DNA from: Amoebophrya sp. A120
Lineage: Eukaryota > Protista > Dinoflagellata
DNA length: 64,000 nucleotides
Reading direction: 5' to 3'
Assembly (NCBI GenBank): GCA_905178155.1
Contig: CAJINV010000005.1
Coordinates: 1,452,438-1,516,437, forward strand
In this document: one piece after another, positions 50,201 to 63,383 of the stretch
How the letters are laid out: each line of letters begins with the position of its first letter
Numbering within the stretch: the stretch's first letter is position 1
The notes under the pieces: generated by a model
Told to the model about the DNA's origin: nothing
What the model saw: the letters and a program-made list of their open reading frames with translations, nothing else
Database searches by the model: none
Made by a program: the position numbers and the translations under genes

Positions 50201-50912
50201 CTGCACTGCGCGCGATAGAGCTTAGGCTTGTGCTATTCGCCAGGCGCATCTGTATAGTTGCATTCCTGACATCCACTCCCACATGCACATCCTGAATCGC
50301 ATAGGCTTCGTCAACAACAAAAAAAGAGGCGAGTTTATACCTTCAAAACTTGCAGGATCTCGACCTTTCCGAGCTCCAACGTGTCGATGGTCTCGTCCGG
50401 AGACAGCTCCTCGACCACCAGCTTCACAAACTCGTCAAAGTCCAGGGATCCGTTGCCGTCCAGGTCGTATTTGGCATGGAGGTCGAGGATGACGTGCGCC
50501 GGCAACTCGATGCTGAAAGCGGAGAGAAGGCCGACCTAGAAGTATGTGAAATCATACGACGTCCTCCTCACATTCCAGGGATCTCTTATGCAACTGCAAG
50601 AAGATGAGAACTCTACTCGTTGATTCGTTTCTTTTCATACATGGCAACTCGGTATCATAAATATTCATACATACTTACCAGTTCCCCGGTGCTGATGGAT
50701 CCAGACCGAGTGACGTCGAACACATCAAAGACCTCGCGTAAGACAAGCATTGCCACCCCAGCCTTGTTTGCGATCGCGACGGCGTTTCCTGAACCAGCTT
50801 CGTCGACCGGATTATTTTCAGTTGATCCTGAGGAGGAAGATGCTCCACCTGCGTGGTCCATAGCGATGGACGGATCGCTTGCGGTTGGCATCGTGACGAC
50901 ACTGGGCGACAT
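38236..50912 (-). CDS. Giant (~3900 aa) multi-EF-hand plus RI-like leucine-rich-repeat protein
   Basis: Exons 50679..50912, 50341..50535, ~47821..50140, ~46789..47602, 46500..~46571 and 38236..46315 sum to 11715 nt, a multiple of 3. EF loops DVTRSGSISTGE, DLDGNGSLDFDE, DTDGNGVLDFVE, DEDGSESMDFLE, DIDGSGDLDFVE and DADSSGNLDFLE (the last is rebuilt across intron 46316..46499). LRRs RRLYLDGN, LQELVIGNN, LMDLNVSDC, LQKLDLSRN, LEHLDLSYN, LLSLDLAHS and LRSLFLAGS. Confidence 0.8.
46577..46788. mobile_element. 212-bp introner-like TIR element forming a non-canonical intron
   Basis: TSD ACCGA at 46572-46576 and 46789-46793. TIRs TATCCAAGAAAAAAACACTGTTAGTGTAA and TATCCAAGAAAAAAACATTGTAGGTGTAA (26/29). 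Removal joins ORFs 46683..47600 and 46463..46729 (LASVLLKND). Confidence 0.92.
47608..47820. mobile_element. 213-bp introner-like TIR element forming a non-canonical intron
   Basis: TSD TCCGG at 47603-47607 and 47821-47825. TIRs TATCAAAAGAAAAAAGTTCGTCACGATCACT and TATGGAGAGAAAAAAGTTTGTCACAGTCACT (25/31). Removal gives LKAIDRSVTKRCADML, leading into an EF hand. Confidence 0.9.
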
Positions 50913-51229
50913 GTCAAGCACGGAAAGCGGGGTGTGGAGGCAAGGGCTGCTCCTCAGTTAGTGTCGGAATTGACTAGCTGTATACTGCGCCAAACTTTGT
51001 CTCTGAGTGTGACCCGCATCTTCAGCGAGCGAGCTCGTAGTGCCCGCACGTCGTTATCTGATTTCGCTTCGTGGAGGCAGCTGTTACTGTTTTTAGCAGC
51101 GCCCCCCTAACTTTTACAGGACTGGGCCCAGGTGCTAGCTTTTCCTATCTAGAAACATGTTGCGAGATGAAACAGGCATACCTATGAGCAAGAATCATGC
51201 CACTCCTGGCTAGTCATTTTCTGTTTCTA

Positions 51230-52850
51230 CAGCCACTCCCGGTCCTGCCGAAGCAGACGACACACATAAGTAGACAACTAGTGCGCCGCACGCGCGAGGG
51301 GCTTGTACGTAGTGGCTTAGGCCTCGCCAATCGAAGGAACAACCCTAGCGCGCGCCAGATGCTGCTGGGCGACACATCCTCCGAAACAATTCAAAACCCC
51401 ACAACACCTACTGTCGCCTGGCGAGGGGAAAAACTGCAACACACGGGCCCACCCACAAGGGAAAACGAACAACGCTGGCCCCGCGGACCCGCCAACAGAA
51501 CGACAAAAGCGCGCGCCGCCACTGACTGCTAGCTTGCTGCGGCCAGCGCCCGACAAGCTGGCCCTGCGCGCATACAACCATGCGCGCCGACGGGCCAAAA
51601 TCCGCGTCGGCACGCAAACATAACAAGGGGAGCCACCCCGGCCCCGAATGAAAAACGATCGGCGCCCGACAACCAACCGCCCGGGGCCGACGGGTGACGC
51701 CAATGGGGGCGGGGCCCCACCCTGCAACCGCTCGCGCCCCTGCAAAACCCAAATCGCCCGGGCCGGGGCATGCGCGGGCTGCCTTTGCTTGCGCAATGGA
51801 AGACACGAAAAACGACCCCCGGCGGGCAGAAGGAGAAACAGAGAAGCGAGGGCGGGACTGCAATCGTCGGGATCGGGGCCTTCTGCAAAGTGGCCACAGC
51901 CTGCGCCTGGCCCGGGCGGCCGTGCTGGGCCTCGGGCGCGATCCCGATCCGATCTCGCAAAAACCTCTAGGCGAGGGCGACGGGCAGCGCCGGGCCCATG
52001 CCCCTGCTGCTCGGCGGACGGAGGAGGGGGCCCGGTGCTGCTCCCTCGCCTCCCTCAGAACTACCGGGCTGGCGCGGGCCAGGGGCCCGGGAGCTCCGCA
52101 AGAGAGGGCGGGCGGGCGCCATGCATCGGAGCCCACCGCTCCGGGCTGAGCCAACTGCAAGGCCGCGCGCGCGGCTTTTGGCAAAAGATAGCAGGGGCGC
52201 GCGGGGGGCTGGGAGAGTGCCGCCGCCGCCCGCCCGGGCCGGGGCTGGCCCTTGGACAATCAAAACAACCCGCGCCCGGCCTTGCCTCCAGATCGATGTC
52301 ACGCGGGGCGCTTTTTTCACTCGCAACAGCGCGGGGGCCCTGCCAGCCGGGCAAATTCGGCGGCGGCGGCGCTGCGTGCTCGCGCGCCCCCCAAAAAGTC
52401 GCGCGCCTCTTCCGCTGCGCCGCCTGCGTAAGGCCCGCCCGCCTTTTAAGACCGAAGGCGCCGGGGCCGGGGGGCCAGCCTGAAGCGCCCCGCGGCAACT
52501 TTCGCCACAATACCAGGGCGACGCGCGTCGGGGCTTTTTGCGACGGCGCCCCATCCTCCATATGCAGCATTCTCGGAAGCCCTTGAAGCGTGGCGCCGGG
52601 GTGAAGTCCTTGGGCTGGTCCATGGGCTGGCTGTGTCTCCGACTGCACAAATAAAGCGCCCCGGTATGTGCTGTTTTCGGCGCAGCTATCTGACGCATTG
52701 CCTCTGGCGCTACGACACACTTACACGACGGCGCGCCCCCGAAGGCAGACATGAACTGCGTCACATCTTGGGCGCGCTATGTATCTGTTCCAGCCCGTGA
52801 GAACATCACCCTCCAAGAACTGGAGCCAAGAAGTCACGGAGTCAAGTGGT
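51230..52850. other. GC-rich intergenic island, probable decayed transposable element
   Basis: Same compositional signature as 35930-37680. No credible ORF; boundaries approximate. Confidence 0.5.
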
Positions 52851-53306
52851 CGCGAAGTGCTCGCAAATAACGCGAAACACACTCACGTCGCTTTGCTCGT
52901 TAACGTTACCTTGTTGTTCTGTGTCCAATAAATTCATCCACTTCAATATCAATACATTTGATTTCTTTCTTGTCAGCGCAGCTATTCGTCGTTCCTCTCC
53001 AGTATTGGTAAACATGGAGAGGCGCCGCCAGGTTTCGTTGTGTCAATAATATCATACAGGGGATTTCTGGAATCCCGTAAACCTTTCAAAAAGTGCAATT
53101 TTACTACATAAAAAGCTTTTTCCAATGTCCAATCCTACAGCGATAAACAGAGACTTAGGTGGCGTAATGTAGATAAAATTGTCGTAGTATATGTTCCTTT
53201 TCCTCGTGATCGTGTTCGTACATTGTCTCTCTAAAATTGGAATTCTACAGCTCGTTTTCCTTCTTGTCGTAGAAATGTAAATGCCTCTCCCCCGGCCGCG
53301 TCTGCG

Positions 53307-56300
53307 TCATTCAACCTTTCCAACATTCCCCGTTGATATCCTATTCCGGTACAATTTGCTGAAAAACCCGTCCGGCCTTTCTAACAACTCCTTAGGCGCC
53401 CCTGCTTCCACTAGCTTGCCATGATCCAAAACAACAATCCTATCCGCGTCTCGGATCGTCTCGATCCGGTGCGCAATCACCAGTCTGGTGTGCCCGGCGA
53501 ACGCGGGGCCGCGCAGAACCTCTTGGATTTTTTCATCCGTCGCCGCGTCAACGACTGAGGTAGCTTCGTCGAGTAGAAGGATCCGCTTGCTGTTCGCTGG
53601 CAGAATCTCCGCTATAGCGTTGCCTTGGTCAACATTTCCTACTGGAGGGACTGCCGGACTGGTTGCGGCGCTCGTTTTGGAGTTCAGATCGGCAATGGCG
53701 CGAGCCAGACAGATCAACTGCCGTTCACCCATGGACCAGTTGCTACCGTTCGCCGCGACGGGGAGCGACAAAATTTTGTTCGCGTGGGAAGTGGCTGTTT
53801 GCTCCTCAAGAAATAGGACGTCAGCTCCGTTCTGGTCGCCCGCTGCAGCACCCACCTCATCTGATTTCGTACCATCCACCTCTTCCGCCCGATCCTGGTC
53901 GTGCTGGTGTACTGGAACCTGCGCTTGTTCCAACGCTTGCATCACTTCGTCGTCCGACAAACGTTTGAAAACGTCCACGTTGTCGCGCAACGTTCCGGAA
54001 AACAGAACCGGGTCCTGTGGAATGATGGTGACGAACTTGCGGAGAGTTTGCAGCGGAAGCTCGGAGATGTCGAAGCCAGAATTTGTTGATGCGTCGCTGG
54101 TTCCATCGTGAATATTTCCAAGAAAGATTTTCCCCTTGTGTAACGGAACGAGCCTCAGCAACATCGCGAACAAACTGCTCTTTCCACTCCCGGTTCTGCC
54201 GCAGATCCCGATACACTCTCCGGCTTTGATTGTCAGTGAGAAATCTTGCACCGCTGGCGGTAGACCTGGTCGGTAGATCAACTCGCAGTTTTGGAACGTG
54301 ATCTCGTTTTTCAGGTTGAACTTGTTGGAGTTAAGCGGTTTTGTTGATGCAACTGTGGTAGGTTTCATTGCAGCAGTAACTGCTTGCTGCAATTCTCCTC
54401 GTTGCTCCAACAGCGCCGGCTCAAGTAGCAATTTCCCCAGGACCGTCGGTTTCGACGCTGCGGCCGCTTCTTCTAATGTAGCGAAAGAGGTTGATTTTCT
54501 CCTTTTCGTGGTTCTTTTGACTAACGCGTACGCTGGGTAGTTTTCATCTTCCAATGGCAATCGAGAATACTCGTACACCCTCTCGACCGCGTTCAGCTGC
54601 GCCTCCACCTGCGCCCAGGATTTCGCCGCCATGTTCATGTTCATGATGATGTTGAAGCTCATGGTGATGGAAAGCCCCAACATCCCCGGGTTCATACTGT
54701 TCGGCTCTAGTTCGTTTAGGAGGAGGAGGGAGAGACTGCAGCCGCCAATCACAAGGGCACCAAGGAGCATTAGGACCTGAAAACTGGAATGTATATCTTA
54801 ATCTAAATCTTGTATCACTCCTTGTTTTCAGTTTGCGTGGGGTCATCATGGCTCCATCGTTTCTGGAAAAACAAAAACAACGTGATGTCACTGCTCCACT
54901 ACACAACCAATACCGTTGTCAGCCACAATTCCAACAGCCGCGCCGTCTGAAACGCGACCAAATTCTCCTGCAACAACTTCGCATACTGCTCCGAAAAGGT
55001 CTCGTGCACCCGAAACGAGCGCACGATCACCAGTCCCTGCTGGCTCAACTCGGTCAATTTCGAGGTGACCGGGCCGCGGGTCACCGCTTCTAGTCTTTGG
55101 AGGTTTGTGCTGGAAAACCGGTAATACAGGGTCAAGTAGTAATACAGCACCGCAACGACGACCAGAAACGCCACGAAAAAGTAGCTGGTCGCGGAGATCA
55201 CGATGAGAATCGACACGCATCTCAACCCGCACATCAGCAGGAACTGCACGCGATCCGGTAGCATCATGTCAATGTCGTTGATGTCCTTCGTCACGCGGGT
55301 CAAAATTCTACCGCTAGGCGTCTTTTCAAAAAATATATACGGGGCGAAGAAGAGCGCGTAGAGCATTTGCCGGTGGAGATTTCTGCCAGAGTAGTACCCA
55401 AAATACGCCGTCCACACGGATCGGAGCAGCTGCGCGCAGAGATAGAAGAACGCAATCAGGCCGTAAATCCCGAGGTAAAAACCCAAGGGTTGCTCGGAAA
55501 AGCTGTCATTGGTCCATTGCGCCAGCCAGGCGTCGATCCCCACGTAACCTGCCTCGGCGAGAACAAAAGAGCCAAGGAAGAGACCGGCGTAGACGAAGGA
55601 ATGGTTGCCGGAGAGGAGGTACACCGCCCATACCTGGAGGGAAACGGCGCCTTCTTCCTTCGTTTCCTTCTCGACCAACGTGGTTTGCGCAACGGCTTTG
55701 GCGATCGGGGTCGCGGGGAGAGCTTCGGTTGCGCTTTCTGCTGCATCCGGTGCTGATTCATCGACGAGAGTAATTTGTTCAATTGCAGCAGTGTCGTCAC
55801 GCAATGCTTTTCCCACCTGGACCTGACCTTCCTTCGACGTCACAGACTCGAGCACACGCTGCAAGTACGAGCACTTCGCAGCAAACCTGTCTCCGTTAGG
55901 AGCTGGAGTCATCGTTGCGGCCTGTATTCTGTAGTTTGGATTTTTCTGCGCAGTCACTGTGCCACCGCTCGCGACTTGCAGGATTTGATCTATCGCTGGA
56001 TCAAGGTCGCCGGTTATGGTTTCAACTGATGTAGCTGGCTCAGCGGGCGGGCTGTGGACGAGAGGATCGCTGTTACTTGCATCCGGCGCCGGCAAATCAT
56101 TTTCGTTCTTCACCTGCAGCTCCTCGCTCTCGTCAATGTTCCTTGCCACCGCAGAAGTCAACAACCCCACGTTGTGTGTGACCAAGATCACGGTCGTTCC
56201 AAAAACGCTGTTGTACAGTTTCAAGTTGCGAAAAACTTTCCTCGTCACGTGAACATCCCAGGCGGAAAAAACGTCGTCTAACAGAAGAACGGAAAACCGC

Positions 56301-58537
56301 TTGTACAGAGCCCGGGCTAATGCCAGTCTCGTTTTCTGGCCGCCGGAAAGAGTGATGCCTCTCTCCCCGACTTCCGTCTGGTCGCCTTCTGGAAATTGCT
56401 GGAAGTCTTCCTCGAGGCAGGAGAGCTTCACGACGAGGTCGTACCAGGTTTCGTCGAAATCCGAGGTAAAAAGGATGTTGTCGCGGACCGACATGTGCTG
56501 TACGAAGGCAGACTGCGAACAGTACCCGATGCCCTTGGTGTTGCCGAGTTTGAGTTTTTCTCGCAGGAGGACGGACGGTCGTGGGGTGGGAGAACTTCTC
56601 GTGGGAGGTCTATTTTCTGCGCCATCCCGCTCCGAAGCAGCAATCGCCTTTTCGACGTCTTGCGTTCTCGCTGATTCGGCGCAACTTCGCATCTCCCCGA
56701 GCAACGCGCTGAGTAACGCAGTCTTCCCCGCGCCAACCGGGCCGACGATAACGGTTAGGGATCCGGGTTGCAAATCGAAGCAGAAGCTCAGCTTGAAATC
56801 TTCTTTTTCGGACAGGTCGGACTTGTTGCCAGTGGCAACGCTCGCGGTAGGAGAGGGCGGTTGCTTTGCAGCCAGCGTGTCCTGCTTTGATTTTTGTCCA
56901 GGTGGTGTTCCCGCTGGCTGTGTTTGCTTAGTCTTGCCATTCGGGAGGCTTTTCTGGTGCCATTGACATTCGTCTTCGAGGTGTATGAGCTTCGGACTAT
57001 CTTCACCAACGTCCCCTGCTGCGAGGTCTTCTTTGACACTCTCTTTCGTGTCCGCAACCACTTCGGATTTTTCGGCTTCCTCCCTTGTTTCTCTAGTACC
57101 AGGCAACAAGCACAGACTATGCGCCAGCCTCTCCCGCGACAAAAATTCGTCGAACCTCTTCACACTCGCCAACACCTGCGTCGCCAGGTTCAAAACCAAG
57201 GGAAACGTCACAAACGGCGGCCTGATCACCGCCAACATCGCGACGACCGGAAACGCGTCCGAGGCGGTTAAAGTCACGTCCGAGTAGGCGGCGTAAACAA
57301 GGAAAATCACCACCGAAGCTAGCGTCGGGATCGTGATCGCCAGCGGGCCAGTAATCCCCTTGTAAATGGCGAACTGCAATAATTTGTCCAACTCGTTCTC
57401 TCTTTTCTTCTCCACTTCTAGCAGCATCGGCACCTCCCAGGCGCCGGATTTGACGACTTTGATTCCTTCGACCACCTGGTTCATGTACTGCACCCGGTCG
57501 TCCGCGGCTTTCATCTTTTCAACGGACAGCTTGGTCATCTTTTTCGCGATTTTCCTCGTGATGGGAATCGTGATGACCATCAACGCCAACCCCGCGAACA
57601 CCGCCGGTCCGATCAACACGTAGATGTAGACGATGCCCGCCGCTATCACAAACGGCGCGGAGAAGAACCGGGGCAGGAGCAACGCGAACTCGATAAAGCG
57701 CTGGCAGTCCTGGGCGACCAAATTCAAGTCCTTCGCGGGGTTGGCGGCGTGGGCGGCCAGCTCCAGGCACGTGACGTCGTACACGAGAATGGAGAGAACC
57801 GCGCGGATGGACAACCCGATCTGCGTCATACTGTACTCCGCCCAGGTGCTGCACGGAACGGCGAAAAAGGTGGACAAGATCATGGCGTAAGCGTAGTACC
57901 TTGGAGACAGTTGTGAGAAGGTAGCTTTGGAGGAGGACTGGCAAAAGAGCAGTCCACCTCAAACGCAAGTTGTAAATGGAAATGCGAAGCAGGTAACGAA
58001 GTTGTCGAGCTTTTTTGTTCTAGAATTTTTTCGAACGTGGACGTCGAGCATGACAGAGTCCGAAAGAACGGCATAGTTGTACCAAGTGCAAGACCCACCC
58101 GCACCGTCCTCCGCAGCGCAGTCAAGAAAGTTCTCATCCCGAAACGCGTTTTTCTTCCCCGCGAGTTCCCTTAATAAGCCCTGCAGAAACAACGGCCCGA
58201 GAAAGGTGGGAAGCACGAAGCCAAACAAATAGATCACCTGTGCCGCAATGCATTTTGTTCCGTACATCTGCCAAAGCACCTTGCGGACAGATTTCTTCCG
58301 CTCAAACAGCCTGCGGAAGGTCTTGTACTCCTTTCGATACGTTGGAGCGGTTGGGAGGTCTTTCAGCTCCAGTGGATGCTGCTTTCCCGCTTGAAGGACT
58401 TTGAACATGGCGAAGAGAGACGGGATCTTGCTGCCGGCGTGGCCGCCGGGAGGGAGGTCTGCTTGAGCAGATGAAGCAGACATCGTGGCAACGGGAGCGG
58501 CCAGTCGTGCTTTGTCGTCTGTGCAGGTAGATGCCAT
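53307..58537 (-). CDS. ABCC/MRP-family ABC transporter, short form without TMD0 (~1636 aa)
   Basis: TMD1-NBD1-TMD2-NBD2. NBD1 GPVGAGKT, VGERGITLSGGQ, LLLDD. TMD2 FFEKTPSGRILTR, LQRLEAVTRGP. NBD2 GRTGSGKS, IIPQDPVLFSGTLRDN, WSMGERQ, LLLDEATS, IAHR. GT-AG introns ~57900..58082 and ~54777..54913. Confidence 0.93.
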
Positions 58538-58749
58538 GTTCACGCGGGTGTGTTGGAAAACTATTCGGAAACCGGTGGCGCAACGCCTGATACAGGGCAG
58601 TCGACGCGCGTGGGCATGCCGTGCCAGGCGTCTCTGGTATTGCAGAAGCAACCGCACGCCAGTGGGTGGCGTACTGGTGGCCTAGTCATCTTTTTATTTC
58701 GCTACAGCTTCGAGTCCAGTGGCAGTGCGAAGCAAATAACGGGGCTGAA

Positions 58750-60890
58750 GTTGATGCGCACAAACACCAAACAACGGAAAACAAACTGAAAGGGCCACAA
58801 ATTAATATATCGAAGCGAACACATCACCTGACAACCCAGCTGCGTCGCTCCCACTGATAGAAGAGCAAGAGGGCGCCCATCAAACCACGACGAGGCTGCA
58901 GCAACAGTCTTGCCTCACGCCAAAACAACCTCGCAAAGCATGTGGGGCCTCCGGACTAAACGGAGGCTAAACCAACAACAACAGGGAGGCTTGCTCGCCA
59001 ATAGAAGCCGCCAACCAAAGCTGGGGGCGATCCCACACCCCGCAGGGCAGCTGTGGGAGCGCGGCGCGCCAACGAACGAACATAGCTACTACGCGGCCCG
59101 CCCAATTCTCTCTGCGCCAGGTAGCTCAGTGCGAGCGGGCGAGGCGCGAGGCCGGGGGCGACCAAGTTGCGCCCATCCTTCAGGCCACCAAGCCACGCAA
59201 CAATGACGCGGCCCATTTTTGGAGCTGGGGCGGCGCGCGTACTTACAGGACCGAGAGACCAGGCGGCCGGGCGCCGCGTTCCCGGCAAAAAAGCAGGGCC
59301 GAAACAAAGGAGCGCGGGCGCGGCGCCATGCATTGCGGGCAGGGGAATCAGCGACACGCCCGAGAGCCCCGCCCCCGGGCTGCCCGCGACGACCACAGCC
59401 GGGCCCCCCGGCCTCAAAAAAAAACCCGCGGCCGGCCGGGCGGGCGTGCGACCCTGCCCCTTTGGGGCGAGCGAGGACCGCTGGCGGAGGCATATAGGGG
59501 GCCGCCCTCTGGGGCGGCGAACGTCGGAGGCTAATGCGCCGGCCTGCCACTGCCCTGTCGCGACTTCGTATCAGCGGCAGGATCTACGCCCCGCGAAATT
59601 GGGCCAGCGGCCCGCCGCGCCTTGCCAGCGAATGTCGACCCGCCGCCGCCGCGGCTTTTTGCCGGGCCCAAAACGGGCGCGCTAGCTTTCTGGCGCCACG
59701 GCGCCCGGCGGCCCCTCCACGCTCCGAAGAAAAAGGCCCGCCGGCCCTCCGACCTAGCTAGCCAAGATCCTGCGGCCAAGCTCTCCGCCCGGGCTTATTT
59801 ATTTTCACACACCAAAAGAAACGGCGGGCCGCTTGCTTCGTTCCGCCTGGGGTCGCGGCCCCTGCGTGCTTAACGGAATTACCCCCGCAAAGGTGTCGCG
59901 CAACGAACTGGCGGGGCCCGGCTACCAGAGAAAGGGGCGCCGCCCTCGGCAAAATGCCGCGCCAAGACGGGAAGCCGCTCAACCTCTTGGCGCGTTTTGC
60001 CGTGGTTATGTTTGGCCGCGTAGGGTTGAAGGCCGTGAGGTCCTCCCAAGAATCCGGCCCCGGCAAATAAAGCGGCGACCCCAGCGCCGGGCGCCCGAAC
60101 ATACAAAACGACGGGCCGGCGAAGTTTCTAAGCAAGCCCCAAAAGCTGCGGCGCTTACCTTTTGTGTTATAGATCACTTCGAAACACGGGCCGCCATCCG
60201 CAGTCAGGATCTTCACGGCAGCGCAGAGGAAATCCCTGCCGCCCCATTCTGGGTCACTACTGCGCGCGCGCCCCCCCGTGCCCAAATCCATGAGGAAACA
60301 CCTGGGCCCCGGTGCCAAGGAGCCAACAAACACCCCGGGCGTGAAGGGGCAGGCCGCTGGCTGCCTAATGCCCGCCCCTGCTTGCGGGCCTAAATCAAAC
60401 AACCCGCCCCGGCCCGTGCCGCAGGCTGTGCCTCGATTCGCGCCACTCCGGCTCCGGAAACATTTCCCCAAGCGGCCACCGACCGGCCGCCACCACCAAG
60501 CGGCGGCAATATAGGAGGGCCACCCCGCCGCGGAGCAAGAAGGGGCGCCGGTCTACGCTTGTCCGTGGGCCTGCGGCTTGGCGAGTAGCGCAATCGCCGC
60601 GCGGTATTAGGCGCGGGCCCAAGGTTTCAGCGCTGGGCCTTGTGCGCGTTTTGTCAGAAGGACAGAGCCCTCGCCGCCTGCATTGGTTTCGCTGATGGAC
60701 ATTGGTTCTGGTTCTGCTCTGCAGCCCGCTGAAGAGCAACAGCGAATACGAAAGGAACACAGCAGCACTACAACACGAAGCTTCAGCCACACTGCGCGGG
60801 AGGTTACGCAATGATGAGCCGCTTGCCGCGGGAACTCTGCGGCAGCGCAGCAACGTAATCATGATACCCGGACCTTGTCGCGGCTCATGC
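58750..60890. other. GC-rich intergenic island, probable decayed transposable element, possibly with a relic minus-strand ORF near 59760-60470
   Basis: Same signature as the other islands. ORF 59758..60471(-) keeps stretches of normal amino-acid composition (DPEWGGRDFLCAAVKILTADGGPCFEVIYNTKG...SFWGLLRNF). Confidence 0.5.
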
Positions 60891-61329
60891 CAGTTTCATC
60901 TTTAGAGATTGATCACACAGAGGCACGACTTTAGATAAGGATTCAGTCTGGTGCTCACTGCTGGAGGTATGCTTTAGCTTGAGCCTAAGCAACTAGTGTC
61001 AGAGATGATTTCGAGTTATTCGGTGGATACTGTGTGCTCGATTTTGTTTTCCCTCTCCAGTCTCCGCAGGACATTATAAGTAGCAGGCTGACGCCGGCGC
61101 TGCTGCAATCAGCATCTTTATCTTTTTGTTCATGAGCCAGAGCGCTGATCTTTGCTCTTGGAATTTACAAAAACCAAATACGTCGGTCGTCGAGCTAACG
61201 AAGTGCATTTTGCGTTGCTGTAATATGTTTGTACTCTGACTCTGTTGCTGATTCTAAGTGAAACATTCTACAGGAAGGCCGGTCTCGTAAAAGATCAGAG
61301 CCACATCATTTCTTCGTCATCGTCTACTA

Positions 61330-63085
61330 CTAATCTGTCCTCTTGCACAAGTTCAAGTAATTAACCTTTGCATTTTCAAAATCCACGTTCGTCAACCCGC
61401 CACACGTATTTCCGATTTCCGTCGCTTCCTGCCAACTCGTCATGCCGGTTTCCGGATCCAGGATCGGAATCGTGGTGCCCTCGGTCTTGTCCGGGCCCCG
61501 AATCAGCTCGATAAACGTGCTTTGCATTTTCTGGCAGTCGGCGAACATCTGTTGCAGCCGGGAGAAGTATCTGTTTACGTCCTTGTCCTGCAATCCCTGG
61601 CACATGTCGTTGTAATCCTGTGCAACGGACATTTTCGAAAGTCTCGGCTGCTCCTTCTTCAGCAGATCGTCAAACACCTTCGCGTTCCGCGCGTAGGCCT
61701 GCAGCCACTTGTACTTCGGCAGGCTGAGCGTGACCTCGGGGTACAGGTAGTCTAATCTGCCGCTTTTGTTCAGGTTCGCGGTCTTCTCCTCTTCGGTTTC
61801 GTCGGCGTTGTCCGGTAGCGTGTCTGCGATCGGCGGCAGCGGCATCGGGTGGTGAAGGATGACGTTGATCCCCTGGCTCTGGGAGCCGCTCCCGACCATC
61901 TCCGGGTCAGTGAAGTAGTTCTTCACGTCCGCGACGAACTGCATCCCGCCCAGGTTGTGCTTCCCGTTGTCCCGCGGCGCGGGGGCTTTGGCGGAAAAGG
62001 CAGAGGGGCCGATCACTTGGCGGGACCCTGAAGTGTGAGGGTAGCAGCTCGTGGATGCTGCATCTCAAAAATTTCCGTTCTTCATTTTCTATTCGAGGAT
62101 TTTTCGAGCCACAATTCCAACAAATGGTTGCACACAAAAACATTAGTTGTTCAAAATCAATACCCAAAACCAGCTCCTTTTCCGGCACCAGTGCGCATTT
62201 CGGTGGATCGCCCTCTTTGTCCGGTTTACAGGCGTTCCAGTCGATAATGTGATCTTGCCAGGAGTAGCACGCGTCGCACGGGATTGCGTCTTTCCCCGGG
62301 AAGGTCTTCGGTTCGCACAGGATCGGTAGCTTTGCCTGCCTGCTTGCGGTGCTCGCATACTTCGAACGGATGGACATCTGCACGCCGGCGTACGGGCACC
62401 CGACCTCAAACCACGTATCTATCCCTCCCCCGCCGGCGGCGAAACTTGGATCGGAAGAGAGAGCTGCGACCCTATCCGGCTTTCCCCAGAAGCTCCAGTA
62501 GCTGTCCGTGATCGCGCGCTCAGCGTTTTCCCCGGTGTGGTGCGCCCCAAAATGTTTGACGGAAGAGACACAAACCAGATTCCCTGGCTTCGTGTACGCC
62601 TGCGCGGGAGGCGGTGGCGGTTCGGCTTTGTCTGGAGGTGGGGGAGCAGGAGCACCAGCGGGAGGTGCATTTTCTTGTTGTCCTGCGGCTGGTGCCGCGG
62701 CCTGTTGTTCAGCAGGGTTCGTCTCTGGCGTCTGCTCAGGAGTTTGTTCTGGCGGAGGAGTGGTGGCAGCTTCTTTTGCAGCCCCTTCCCCATCACCTCC
62801 TTCACTCTGTTGGTGCTCGTTGTGCTCCTCCGCTGCATGATCCGCCTCCTCCTGCTCGTCTTCCTCCTCTTCCGGTGCGACGGGACTCACTAGCTCGGAC
62901 AGTTCGTCGGTGTTTTTCACTTTCTTCGGCCACGAGTGCAGCTCGTCGGAGGAAATGGCGAATTTTCGGGGACCGCCCGATTTGTCCGTTGCCGGCTCGT
63001 CCAAATCTAGTTTCTCCCAGTCCGGCTCCTGCTCGGGTTTCCGCAGAAGCCCGAAACAGGTGGTTACGTCGAAATGGAATTTCAT
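61330..63085 (-). CDS. Unknown Cys-containing protein with an acidic/Pro-rich linker; 5' end uncertain
   Basis: ORFs 61907..63085 and 61330..62016 join in frame via a phase-1 GT-AG intron 62028..62163 (ELVL-G-SRQVIGP). The frame stays open upstream of ATG 63085, so further exons are possible. Confidence 0.65.
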
Positions 63086-63383
63086 AATTGTGTGGTGCGC
63101 GCCCGCGCCGCCCGGAGGGGTGTATCTATTACTACGGTATCTTCTACTTCAAAAGTAATCACGCCCTCGACGTTTGTTATACACAAGTATCGCTACACGA
63201 CTTGCGCCCCTCCAGAAAGTGAATGTACGATAATTCAAGTTTTGGACATCGACGCTGCTTCATTCGCTTGTAACAACCAATGCTTCACTCGCTTGCAACA
63301 GCCAGTAGCTTGTACCAAAATGGTCACGAAGATGGGCCGCGAATACTCAATGTAAACGACGGCGGATCACAACTCGTCTCCGG

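Noticed and set aside
50536-50678. Canonical intron as an old introner (AAGTATGT inverted match near both ends, TA just inside GT and AG)
   Set aside because: Only an 8-nt offset match that overlaps the donor consensus, and no TSD.
36227-51137. CTAGCACC(C)TGGGCCC at ~36227 and its near reverse complement at ~51124 as TIRs of a 15-kb element
   Set aside because: Short gapped GC-rich match, no TSD, and it would enclose an ordinary host gene.
60978-60985. GGCTCAAG on the minus strand as a dinoflagellate spliced-leader relic
   Set aside because: An 8-nt match is expected by chance in 64 kb, and it is not adjacent to a gene start.
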